IMG/VR virus record: IMGVR_UViG_3300043539_001475
Location: 1-64,000 of that record
Reading direction: 5' to 3' (one strand)
DNA length: 64,000 bases
DNA from: a virus
Positions 1 to 8,876 of this stretch are shown here, piece by piece (the stretch's first letter is position 1; every line of letters begins with the position of its first letter). Position numbers and translations under genes: made by a program. A model generated the notes under the pieces. The model was not told the DNA's origin, made no database searches, and saw nothing but the letters and a program-made list of their open reading frames with translations.

Positions 1-180
1 TTTGGGGTTTCCAAAAGAACAATTATCTTTATATGCAAGCCTGAAACATTACAAGCTTGTTTAGAGAAAAGAAAAGAAAGAGGTGGTTGGAAACAATACT
101 ACGATAAAGAAAAACATTGTTTAAACATAAAAGAACATAGGGCTTATAAAAAAGAACTTTTTAAAAACAAATTAATATGA
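1..180 (+). CDS. partial ORF (5' truncated), possible HTH protein
   Basis: Frame 1 is open from the window start: FGVSKRTIIFICK...NKLI*; FGVSKRTI resembles an HTH recognition helix. Confidence 0.4.
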   Translation, partial: FGVSKRTIIFICKPETLQACLEKRKERGGWKQYYDKEKHCLNIKEHRAYKKELFKNKLI

Positions 181-334
181 AAAAAAACAACAAAAAACCC
201 CCTTACGAAATAGAAAAAGAGCTATTAGAAGAAAAGAAGATTGTTAGAACATCTTTTATTAATTTTACATTGTTTGTTCTTTTGTCTTTTTTTCTTTTTT
301 TAATCTTTTTGTTTTATACTATTATTCATTCCTT

Positions 335-571
335 ATGACAAAAATATTTTTACAATCCTTTTTTCAAATAGGATTAGTTTCAATTTCAACCATACTTATT
401 ACAAAGCATTATTATCTAGGTATTTTTGTGGTCGCGTTTGCAATATCTTTATTGTGGACATATAATGTTTCTAAAATAGCAATTAGTTCTTTTAAGCAAA
501 AATTAACCTACGCATTAGGTGCTGGAAGTGGAGCAGTGTGTGGAGTATTATTAACTCAATTATTTAACTAA
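335..571 (+). CDS. small multi-TM membrane protein
   Basis: 78 aa with three hydrophobic segments. Confidence 0.6.
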   Translation: MTKIFLQSFFQIGLVSISTILITKHYYLGIFVVAFAISLLWTYNVSKIAISSFKQKLTYALGAGSGAVCGVLLTQLFN

Positions 572-705
572 AGAAAATGTATCACGAGAGTAAACACAAT
601 CAGAAATTGCTAAACATAATATGGATTATAGTTATAGCATTTGTATTTTTAATTAAATGGATATTTAGCTAATTGCTAATATAACAAAACAAAAACTTTT
701 TTAAA

Positions 706-1434
706 ATGGAAATAACAAAACCAATTATCTTTTTTGACTTAGAAACTACGGGAGTTGAAATAAACACCGCTAGGATAGTTCAAATAGCTTGTATTAAAAT
801 AAATGCAGATGGTAGTAAAGAGGAAAAAGAAATCCTAATCAACCCAACAATACCAATTCCAAAAGACGCTACCGAAGTTCATAATATTACCGATGAAATG
901 GTAAAGGATGCTCCAAAGTTTTTTAACATAGCTAAATCTTTATTTTCGTTCTTTGAAGGTTGCGATATTGCAGGATATAATTCCGATGCTTATGATGTTC
1001 CACTTTTGTGTGAAGAGTTCGGTAGATGTAATATAGAATTTCCAACATGGGAGGTAAACCTTATTGATGTGCTAAAATACGAAAGGCTATTGAATCCAAA
1101 CAACCTTGCTTCTGTTTACAAAAGATATACGGGCAAAGAATTAGATGGTGCGCATAATGCAATGAATGATGTTAGAGCAACATTTGAAATATTAATGTGC
1201 CAATTAGAAGGTAAACAAGAACAAAGTCCAGAACAAATAGATTTGTATTGTCAAGGTGAAAGAAAACGATACGACATAGGTGGTAAAACTTATATCGATA
1301 AAGAAGGTAACGTAAGATGGTCATTTGGTAAAAATATGCACAAGCTAGTATTGGATGATTTAGGCTATTATCAATGGGTGTTAAAAAACGACTTTCCAAC
1401 CGAGCTTAAAAACAAACTTAAAAAACTTAGTTAA
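706..1434 (+). CDS. DEDDh 3'-5' exonuclease (DNA Pol III epsilon-like)
   Basis: FFDLETTG (ExoI), GYNSDAYD (ExoII), AHNAMND (ExoIII); C-terminal FGK motif. Confidence 0.9.
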   Translation: MEITKPIIFFDLETTGVEINTARIVQIACIKINADGSKEEKEILINPTIPIPKDATEVHNITDEMVKDAPKFFNIAKSLFSFFEGCDIAGYNSDAYDVPLLCEEFGRCNIEFPTWEVNLIDVLKYERLLNPNNLASVYKRYTGKELDGAHNAMNDVRATFEILMCQLEGKQEQSPEQIDLYCQGERKRYDIGGKTYIDKEGNVRWSFGKNMHKLVLDDLGYYQWVLKNDFPTELKNKLKKLS

Positions 1435-1439
1435 AATAT

Positions 1440-1760
1440 ATGAAAAAGAAAGTTGTGTTTATAAAACTAGATGAATCATCGTCACTTTTTAAGGCTTTAA
1501 AGCAAAGAAATTTGATAGACTATAGAGGTTTTTTATCTTTATACTTAAATGATGTTCCGAGAATAGGAGAAAGCTTTACGCTTCCTTATGATTCTATGAC
1601 CTCTGAAAAAAACGAGATACTAAAATTATATCTTACAAAAAGACCACAAAATAAACCAATTATGAAAGTTGAAGATTTAATTATAGACCAAGTTTGCGCA
1701 GAATATAATTTGTACTACTTGAAATGTTCTTATATAAACGATACGAATAATTGGTTATAA
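1440..1760 (+). CDS. hypothetical protein; stop codon is the TAA of the first TAAC site
   Basis: ORF track; ends ttggttaTAAc. Confidence 0.55.
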   Translation: MKKKVVFIKLDESSSLFKALKQRNLIDYRGFLSLYLNDVPRIGESFTLPYDSMTSEKNEILKLYLTKRPQNKPIMKVEDLIIDQVCAEYNLYYLKCSYINDTNNWL

Positions 1761-1850
1761 CGTATGGTGCTATGAGCAGGTTTGCCTTGCAGAAATATTC
1801 AAATTTAGCACAAATGTTATTGGCAAACTTGCTTATAGCACGTGTTAGCA
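1755..1850. repeat. attC-like hairpin site 1
   Basis: TAAC 1758-1761; arms gtgctatgagcaggtttgcc (1767-1786) / ggcaaacttgcttatagcac (1822-1841); GTTA 1844. Confidence 0.8.
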
Positions 1851-1942
1851 GTAGTACGGTAATTAACCACAAATGCTCATTCGGAGAACCGAACCTTTTT
1901 CTTTTCTTTTTTGAGCGAGGGCAAAAATATTAAAATAAAATT

Positions 1943-2851
1943 ATGACAATAGATTTAAGATACGGAGATGCAATAGAACAAATGAAATTGATAGCAGATG
2001 AAAGTGTTGATGCTATAATTTCAGATATTCCTTATGGGATTTCATTTAGTGATTGGGATGTTAAACATTCTAATACCAATACTGCATTATTAGGGAGTTC
2101 CCCTGCACAACAAAATAGTAAAATATTTAAAAGTAGAGGTAAGCCTAAAAATGGATGGAGCGATAAAGACAAGCAAATAAGCATTGAATTTCAAATATTT
2201 TGCGAAAGTTTTTTAAAAGAGTGTTATCGAATTATGAAACCTGCATCTCCAATATTATGTTTTACAGGAAGGCAATATCAACATAGGTTTACGGTTGCAG
2301 GAGAAAATAGCGGTCTAATATTAAAAGATGTACTTAGTTGGAATAAGAAAAAAGCACCATTTAAAGCACAAAGGATAGGTCAAGTAATAGGTAAAAGAAA
2401 TTCAGATTATAGCGATAATAGAAGATTGGGTAATTTAGCACCAATAGTAGAACCAATTGTGTATATGTTTAAGCCATATAAGATTGGTGGAACTATTACA
2501 GATTGTTATTTGAAGTATGGTACAGGTACTTTTTCTTCTGAAATTTACAAAACAAATTTAATTGAAGAAAGTTCGCATATTTCAGACAAGTTACACGAAA
2601 CCCAAAAGCCGTTAAAACTAATGGAAAACTTAATAAAAACTTTCACAAAAGAACATCAAACTATTTTAGATATGTTTGGTGGCTCAATGACAACAGGAAT
2701 TGCCTGTATAAACACAAATAGAAACTTTATCGGAATTGAGAATAATATGGATTATTTTAATATTTCTTTAAAGAGGGTGGAAGAAAAAAGAAAAGAAAAA
2801 GATTTAAAAAAATTGTGCGATGGTAAAAAAAGAATTTACAACAGAAATTAG
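1943..2851 (+). CDS. DNA N6A/N4C methyltransferase, beta class
   Basis: SDIPY motif IV near the N-terminus, HETQKP, LDMFGGS SAM-binding motif near the C-terminus. Confidence 0.92.
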   Translation: MTIDLRYGDAIEQMKLIADESVDAIISDIPYGISFSDWDVKHSNTNTALLGSSPAQQNSKIFKSRGKPKNGWSDKDKQISIEFQIFCESFLKECYRIMKPASPILCFTGRQYQHRFTVAGENSGLILKDVLSWNKKKAPFKAQRIGQVIGKRNSDYSDNRRLGNLAPIVEPIVYMFKPYKIGGTITDCYLKYGTGTFSSEIYKTNLIEESSHISDKLHETQKPLKLMENLIKTFTKEHQTILDMFGGSMTTGIACINTNRNFIGIENNMDYFNISLKRVEEKRKEKDLKKLCDGKKRIYNRN

Positions 2852-3023
2852 CAATGAACTAATGAACATTTATTTGTTGCTTGGAATTGACAAACCGACT
2901 AATCACGAAGATATTATTCAGTTTGTTTCAGAAGATGTGGAAGCATCAACAAATGCAGAAACATATACAAGTGAGGACATAAAAATTGCATTTAGAAGAT
3001 TAATTGAAACTTATGAATACTAA
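2820..3023 (+). CDS. hypothetical phage protein
   Basis: 67 aa ORF overlapping both neighbours. Confidence 0.5.
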   Translation: MVKKEFTTEISNELMNIYLLLGIDKPTNHEDIIQFVSEDVEASTNAETYTSEDIKIAFRRLIETYEY

Positions 3024-3855
3024 CTTAATATTTGGAGATTGCCAAGAATATTTACCAAAACTTGAAAGTGAAAGTTTTGATTTAATCCTTTGCGATTTAC
3101 CATACGGAACAACAAGGCTGAAATGGGATTGTCCGATTGATTTAGAATTTTTGTTTGGTGAATATGAAAGATTAATTAAACCAAAAGGTGCGATTGTACT
3201 ATTCGGAAACCAACCATTTACAAGTAAATTGATAATGACAAGACCTTCCTTGTACAAATATAGTTGGATATGGGTAAAGCCATTTCCTACGGGGTTTTTA
3301 AATGCAAATTACAGACCGATGCTTTCTTTCGAGGATATACTTGTATTTAGTAAAAGTGGTGCAGGTGCAGGAAGTAAAGACAATAATATGAATTACTATC
3401 CACAAGGATTGATAGAGATAAATAAGAAGAAGAAAAACAAGAAAGGTACGAGAGGTCAACACATACACGATACTGTTAATTGCGGAATACAAAATGTTTT
3501 GAATAGTGAAAAAGAGTATCAGCAAAAATTTACAGGTTATCCGAATAATATTTTAGAATGTGATAGAGATGAACCGCAATTGCACCCAACTCAAAAACCG
3601 TTATTATTGATTGAATACTTGATTAAAACATACTCAAAAGAAGGAGGTAATGTTTTGGATAATACTATGGGAAGCGGAACGGTTGGTGTTGGTTGCAAAA
3701 ATTTAAAAAGAAACTTTGTAGGGATGGAAAACAAAAAGGAATATTTTGACATAGCAAACGAAAGAATACTAACGGCTGTGATAACAGACGAAAAAGAAGG
3801 GGAAAATTTTTTAAAATCTTTTTCTCCACAAACTTTATTCGGAGATGAAAAGTAG
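3004..3855 (+). CDS. DNA N6A/N4C methyltransferase, beta class (start probably ATG 3013)
   Basis: CDLPYG, HPTQKP, LDNTMGSG. Confidence 0.93.
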   Translation: MKLMNTNLIFGDCQEYLPKLESESFDLILCDLPYGTTRLKWDCPIDLEFLFGEYERLIKPKGAIVLFGNQPFTSKLIMTRPSLYKYSWIWVKPFPTGFLNANYRPMLSFEDILVFSKSGAGAGSKDNNMNYYPQGLIEINKKKKNKKGTRGQHIHDTVNCGIQNVLNSEKEYQQKFTGYPNNILECDRDEPQLHPTQKPLLLIEYLIKTYSKEGGNVLDNTMGSGTVGVGCKNLKRNFVGMENKKEYFDIANERILTAVITDEKEGENFLKSFSPQTLFGDEK

Positions 3856-3861
3856 TATTGT

Positions 3862-3954
3862 TGGTAACGTTATCGGGCTTGGCGAAGGTGGGCTTGTAGG
3901 ATGCTCAATTTTAGCAGAATGTTTCTGCCCACTTTTGCCAAACCCGTGTTACCT
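3862..3954. repeat. attC-like hairpin site 2
   Basis: TAAC 3865; arms cgggcttggcgaaggtgggc (3874-3893) / gcccacttttgccaaacccg (3927-3946); GTTA 3948. Confidence 0.82.
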
Positions 3955-4020
3955 GCTGGTGCGGTTAATTCAGGATAAACTTGATACGAAGAACGAAACA
4001 AAAATTTTAAATAAAAAAGC

Positions 4021-4830
4021 GTGGGAAATTTTAACTTAGATACAGACGAACAAAAAGAATGGTATGGTATAAGCACTAACCGAAGTAGTGAACACTTAGG
4101 GGATTGCTTAGAATTGATGCCATTGATAGCAGATGAAAGTATTGATTTGATACTTTGCGACTTGCCATACGGCACTACTCAAAACAAATGGGATAGCGTT
4201 ATTCCACTTGATAAACTTTGGAAAGAGTATGAAAGAATTATAAAGCCTAATGGTGCTATTATTTTAACAAGTGCTGAACCATTTACAAGTGCTTTAGTAA
4301 TGAGCAATCCAAAACTATTTAGGTATGATATAATTTGGGAAAAGCAGAAAGGAAGTGACCCATTAAATGCCAATAGAAAACCATTACGAAGCCACGAAAA
4401 TATACTTGTATTCTACAAGAAACAACCAACATACAACCCACAATTTGAACAAGGCGAACCATATATTAGAAAAGGTGATTGTAGGGTTAAATCAAGCAAT
4501 TTCAACGAAGCAAAAACTATAAACGATAGAGGTAGTGAAGATGGCAAACGATACCCCAAAACCGTTGTAAAGTTTAGTGGCGAAGGAATGAACTCAAACA
4601 ACTTGCACCCTACACAAAAGCCACAAAATTTAATGGAGTATTTGATTAAACAATATAGCAACGAAAACGAAATAATACTTGACAATACGGCAGGAGTATT
4701 TACAACTGCAATAGCTTGTTTAGAAACGAATAGAAAGTATATTGTAATGGAGCAAGAAAAGGAATACTACAGCAAAGGATTAAAACGAATACTTGAATGG
4801 GAACGAGAACAAAAAACAAAATTGTTTTGA
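4021..4830 (+). CDS. DNA N6A/N4C methyltransferase, beta class
   Basis: CDLPYG, HPTQKP, LDNTAGVF. Confidence 0.92.
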   Translation: MGNFNLDTDEQKEWYGISTNRSSEHLGDCLELMPLIADESIDLILCDLPYGTTQNKWDSVIPLDKLWKEYERIIKPNGAIILTSAEPFTSALVMSNPKLFRYDIIWEKQKGSDPLNANRKPLRSHENILVFYKKQPTYNPQFEQGEPYIRKGDCRVKSSNFNEAKTINDRGSEDGKRYPKTVVKFSGEGMNSNNLHPTQKPQNLMEYLIKQYSNENEIILDNTAGVFTTAIACLETNRKYIVMEQEKEYYSKGLKRILEWEREQKTKLF

Positions 4831-4908
4831 AAAAACAAAAGTGCGATGGCTTTTTATTTAAAATTTTCTTTCACAAATGTTCAATAGTAGCAGTATCGTA
4901 GCACTTGC

Positions 4909-5038
4909 AGGTAACGGTCGGGTATTGCCGAAGGTGGGGCATAGTACCACAAATGTTGATTAAACCACTAAAGTTAAATAGATGCAGAATGTTGAAAATA
5001 TAGATGTCAGCCCCACTTTTGGCAATACAGTGTTACCT
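4909..5038. repeat. attC-like hairpin site 3
   Basis: TAAC 4912; arms gtattgccgaaggtggggc (4922-4940) / gccccacttttggcaatac (5010-5028); GTTA 5032. Confidence 0.82.
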
Positions 5039-5641
5039 GCCGTTGTGGGTTCTCAAACGAAATACCGAACAATAGTAGCAGACCCACCTTGGAAGTATGG
5101 TAAATGGGGTAAAGCATCTGACAGCCCTTTAGCAAGAAAGAAGTTCCCAAATGGACAATGGGAAAAAGATTTTGATATACCATACCAAACGATGGGTATT
5201 GAAGAAATTAAGGCTTTAAATGTAGCAAATTTAGCAGATGATAATTGCGAGTTGTATTTATGGACTACCCAAAAATATTTACCTGATGCTTTTGAAGTAT
5301 TGAAGGCTTGGGGTTTCAAGTATTGCCAAACATTGACTTGGTGTAAAACACCACGAGGAACTGGACAAGGTGGAGTATATTGCCCTACAACCGAATTTTT
5401 AATACTTGGGAGAAAAGGTAAAGCACCAAAAGTAAAACGAATAGATACAACTTGGTGGAATGTAAAAAGAACAAGTAATCATTCTAAAAAGCCTGAATTT
5501 TTTCAAGACTTAATCGAAACGGTTTCAGATGCTCCACGATTAGAAATGTTTGCAAGGCGTGAACGTGTCGGATGGGATATTTGGGGCAATGAATTAGAGA
5601 ATGATGTCGAATTGGAAACGTCTGCTAACAATGGCAGGTAA
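4982..5641 (+). CDS. MT-A70 family N6-adenine methyltransferase
   Basis: VADPPW, LYLWTT, WGFKY, HSKKP, LEMFAR, GWDIWGNE. Confidence 0.93.
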   Translation: MQNVENIDVSPTFGNTVLPAVVGSQTKYRTIVADPPWKYGKWGKASDSPLARKKFPNGQWEKDFDIPYQTMGIEEIKALNVANLADDNCELYLWTTQKYLPDAFEVLKAWGFKYCQTLTWCKTPRGTGQGGVYCPTTEFLILGRKGKAPKVKRIDTTWWNVKRTSNHSKKPEFFQDLIETVSDAPRLEMFARRERVGWDIWGNELENDVELETSANNGR

Positions 5642-5768
5642 CGGCAAAGTATAACTGTCAGGTGGGGGATTAAATGCACCGAACCTTCACATTGACACTA
5701 AACTAAATTAGGAGCAGATAGCTTCGGGTGGTTAATCAGCCCCCACTTGCAGTTATACAATGTTATGG
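5636..5768. repeat. attC-like hairpin site 4
   Basis: TAAC 5639; arms gtataactgtcaggtggggg (5649-5668) / cccccacttgcagttatac (5740-5758); GTTA 5762. Confidence 0.8.
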
Positions 5769-5791
5769 GCTGGTGTTTAATACTTATTTTT

Positions 5792-5923
5792 ATGACAGCA
5801 ACAGATGAAAAGTATGTTGAAATTCTAAAAGCCGTTTTACAATCTGAAAAAGTTTGGGAACGAAACGATTTACTATCGGCTTTCAAGAAAGCATTAGCCA
5901 AAAAGAAAACGGCTAAAAAGTAA
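5792..5923 (+). CDS. 43-aa basic microprotein in a mini-cassette
   Basis: MTATDEKYVEILKAVLQSEKVWERNDLLSAFKKALAKKKTAKK*, translated by hand; it fills the cassette 5762-5964. Confidence 0.5.
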   Translation: MTATDEKYVEILKAVLQSEKVWERNDLLSAFKKALAKKKTAKK

Positions 5924-5957
5924 CTGTTATAGGGTGGGTGTGCTTCGGTACACTTGC

Positions 5958-6087
5958 CCATAACGTTTGGTATAAGACCAGTAGCGGAATAGAAATTACA
6001 AACTTTCAAAATTAAACGAATGAATATAGAAACCACAAACTCCCCGAATACCACCGAAACCGCTATTGGTTTTATACCGTGTTATGC
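5958..6087. repeat. attC-like hairpin site 5
   Basis: TAAC 5961; arms ggtataagaccagtagcgg (5969-5987) / ccgctattggttttatacc (6060-6078); GTTA 6081. Confidence 0.82.
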
Positions 6088-6844
6088 ACAGGTTTTTTTA
6101 GGTGATTGCTTGGAACTATACAAGAATATAGAACCGAAAAGTATTGATTTAATTTTAACCGATTTGCCTTATGGTACAACCGCCTGTAAATGGGATACAA
6201 TAATCCCATTTGACAAACTTTGGGAAATGGTTAATTACTTACTTAAACCAAACGGAGCATTTATTACAACTGCTTCGCAACCATTTACAAGTGCTTTGGT
6301 AATGAGTAACCCAAAGATGTTTAAGTATGAATGGATTTGGGATAAAGTACAACCAACTGGAGCATTTAACGCAATTAAGCAACCAATGAAACTACATGAA
6401 AATATTTTAGTATTTTACAATGAACAGCCAATTTATAATAGACAAATGACTGATAGACCGCTAAAAGATTTAAGACCAAACCAAATTAAAACTACTAAAA
6501 AACTGGATAAAATAGAATATGAATATTTGGGCGGACAAAAGAAACAATACTCTGAAAATTGGGATTATACCAAAGTAAACCCAAAAACTATTATTCAATT
6601 TCAAAAATCTGCTGAAAGATTTAAGGAATTTAAACACCCTACACAAAAACCAATAGCGTTATTTGAATACTTACTAAAAACATACAGCAATGAAGGAATG
6701 ACAATATTCGACCCTTGTATGGGTTCAGGAACTACTGGAATAGCTTGTAAAATCACCAACCGAAACTTTATTGGAATAGAGAAAGACGAAGCATATTTCA
6801 AAATCGCAGAACAGCGAATAAATGCACGAACGTTGTTTCCTTAA
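6020..6844 (+). CDS. DNA N6A/N4C methyltransferase, beta class
   Basis: TDLPYG, HPTQKP, FDPCMGSG. Confidence 0.93.
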   Translation: MNIETTNSPNTTETAIGFIPCYAQVFLGDCLELYKNIEPKSIDLILTDLPYGTTACKWDTIIPFDKLWEMVNYLLKPNGAFITTASQPFTSALVMSNPKMFKYEWIWDKVQPTGAFNAIKQPMKLHENILVFYNEQPIYNRQMTDRPLKDLRPNQIKTTKKLDKIEYEYLGGQKKQYSENWDYTKVNPKTIIQFQKSAERFKEFKHPTQKPIALFEYLLKTYSNEGMTIFDPCMGSGTTGIACKITNRNFIGIEKDEAYFKIAEQRINARTLFP

Positions 6845-6853
6845 ACTTGTGCA

Positions 6854-6890
6854 TAACTAATTGCTAACCGCATAAAATGTATTACAAAAT
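6854..6890. repeat. array-terminal site, copy 1 (attI-like?)
   Basis: TAACtaattgcTAACcgcataaaatgtattacaaaat, nearly identical to 7908-7944. Confidence 0.6.
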
Positions 6891-7074
6891 GGCAAAAATA
6901 CTAACAAAAACAAAGGTCATAAGGATTACAGGAACACAACATAAAACACTTCAAAAAATGAAGTCTTACAATGTTGATATAGGTAAGTTTATAAGAGATT
7001 CGATAAGTGAAAAAATTAAAAGAGAATATCAAGATTTAATACCCAAACCAAATAAAATTATTATACCTTTCTAA
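6877..7074 (+). CDS. small ribbon-helix-helix-like DNA-binding protein
   Basis: KTKVIRIT strand followed by two helices (QHKTLQKM; IGKFIRDSISEKI). Confidence 0.5.
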   Translation: MYYKMAKILTKTKVIRITGTQHKTLQKMKSYNVDIGKFIRDSISEKIKREYQDLIPKPNKIIIPF

Positions 7075-7127
7075 CAATTATAAATAAATAAAAATAATTT
7101 TAAACCAAACTTAAAAATTAAAAACAA

Positions 7128-7910
7128 ATGATTGATAGAATTACTGAACAGCCATTTTGCCAAACCCGTGTTAGTGGCAGTACTTTTGTAAACGCTGATT
7201 GCTTTGATGTTTTTCCTTTTATTGAGGATAAATCAATAGATGCTATTATTTGCGATTTACCTTATGGAACAACCGCTTGTAAATGGGACAGTATTTTACC
7301 TTTAGACAAACTTTGGAATGAGTATAAAAGGATAATAAAAGATAATTGCCCGATTGTTTTATTTGCTCAAATACCATTTGATAAAGTACTTGGTTGCTCT
7401 AATTTAGAATGGTTAAAATACGAATGGATTTGGGAAAAATCAAAAGCAAGTAATTTTTTACAAGCTAAATATATGCCGATGCGAGTACACGAAAATATTT
7501 TGATATTTTGCAATGGTAAGGCTAATTATTTCCCACAAAAAACAGAAGGTAAAGCATATAGAACAAGAAAAATAAATGAGAAACACGGCAACCCTGATGC
7601 GTACAACAATATTCCTAATTATATGAATAGAGAGCCAATTGAGATGAATGGAAGACTACCAAGAACTGTTCAATATTTTAAAACGGCACATACAGAAGGG
7701 AAGCTACACCCAACATTAAAACCTTTAGAACTTATGGAATACCTTGTAAAAACCTACACAAACGAAGGAGATATGGTTTTAGATAATACAATGGGTTCGG
7801 GAACAACAAACTTGGCTTGTATAAAATTAAATCGCAAATCAATAGGGATAGAAAAGGAAAAAAAATATTACGATGTCGCTGTTCGGAGGGCTTCGGAGTA
7901 TTGCCACTAA
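7128..7910 (+). CDS. DNA N6A/N4C methyltransferase, beta class
   Basis: CDLPYG, HPTLKP, LDNTMGSG; stop codon is the TAA of TAAC. Confidence 0.93.
   Translation: MIDRITEQPFCQTRVSGSTFVNADCFDVFPFIEDKSIDAIICDLPYGTTACKWDSILPLDKLWNEYKRIIKDNCPIVLFAQIPFDKVLGCSNLEWLKYEWIWEKSKASNFLQAKYMPMRVHENILIFCNGKANYFPQKTEGKAYRTRKINEKHGNPDAYNNIPNYMNREPIEMNGRLPRTVQYFKTAHTEGKLHPTLKPLELMEYLVKTYTNEGDMVLDNTMGSGTTNLACIKLNRKSIGIEKEKKYYDVAVRRASEYCH
7155..7176. repeat. attC-like half site (right arm only)
   Basis: ttttgccaaacccgtgtta is identical to 3933-3951 of site 2. Confidence 0.75.
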
Positions 7911-7944
7911 CTACCTGCTAACTGCATAAAATGTATTATAAAAT
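7908..7944. repeat. array-terminal site, copy 2 (attI-like?)
   Basis: TAACtacctgcTAACtgcataaaatgtattataaaat. Confidence 0.6.
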
Positions 7945-7978
7945 CATAAAAAAACAAACTTAAAAAACTTAATTAAAA

Positions 7979-8848
7979 ATGAACCAAGAACTAAACAGAA
8001 TTATCGACAATTCTTTAATTGAAAAATCAAAGTCAGATTACATTAAAGAAAAATTTGAATCGTTTACAGAAACGGCTTTAGAGTGGAATAAGAAAGCCAA
8101 TGAGATATTAGTAACCGATGAAACTCAAACAGACCTTATGGCTTTAGCTAAAGAAGGTAGATTGATACTAAAATCAAAACGCATAGAGATTGAGAAAACA
8201 AGGAAATCGTTGAAGGAGCAGTCTTTAAATGAAGGTAGGTTAATAGATGGTATTGCAAAGCACTTGATGTCTATTGTAGAACCAGCAGAAAAGCATTTAG
8301 AAACTCAAGAGAGATTTTTAGAAATACAAGAGCAAAAAAGAAAAGCTGAACTAAAAGCAGAGCGTTACAAGCTTATGTTGCCTTATGCAGAAGTATTAGA
8401 CCCTGAAACTTTGCAATTAGATATAATTACCGATGAAGCTTTTGCAGGTATTCTTAATTATGCTAAAACAACATTGGAAGCAAAGATTGAATCCGATAGA
8501 ATAGCCAAAGAGGAAAAAGAAGCTAAAGATAAAGCTGAAGCTCAAGAGATGGAAAATATACGATTGGAGAACATAAAGCTTCGAGAAGACGCTTTGTTTA
8601 AACAAAAAGAAGCTGATGACTTAAAAGCTAAAACAGATGCCGACCTAAAGGCTATTGCACAAGAGATGAAAAAGCAATCTGCGACTTTAAAGACCATCAT
8701 AAAAAAAGAGCAAGTAATTGTTGAGAATGTGGAAACGCTGAAAGAAAAACTGAATAGTGCAAAGACGACTATGCAAATTTGCTTAAACTATATTATCCAT
8801 GATGACATGAGGAGGATGATTGAGCAAACTCTAAAAGAGATAAATTAG
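7979..8848 (+). CDS. coiled-coil phage protein
   Basis: 289 aa, E/K/A-rich and helical. Confidence 0.7.
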   Translation: MNQELNRIIDNSLIEKSKSDYIKEKFESFTETALEWNKKANEILVTDETQTDLMALAKEGRLILKSKRIEIEKTRKSLKEQSLNEGRLIDGIAKHLMSIVEPAEKHLETQERFLEIQEQKRKAELKAERYKLMLPYAEVLDPETLQLDIITDEAFAGILNYAKTTLEAKIESDRIAKEEKEAKDKAEAQEMENIRLENIKLREDALFKQKEADDLKAKTDADLKAIAQEMKKQSATLKTIIKKEQVIVENVETLKEKLNSAKTTMQICLNYIIHDDMRRMIEQTLKEIN

Positions 8849-8876
8849 AAATAATATGAAATATTTTATATAATAT

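Noticed and set aside
1751-4039. ORFs 1751-1933 and 3845-4039
   Set aside because: They are translations through attC-like hairpins with no protein features
1755-7944. Restriction-modification systems, or IS/MITE elements
   Set aside because: No endonuclease or transposase, no target-site duplications, and each unit has its own distinct complementary ends around a shared GTTA/TAAC core
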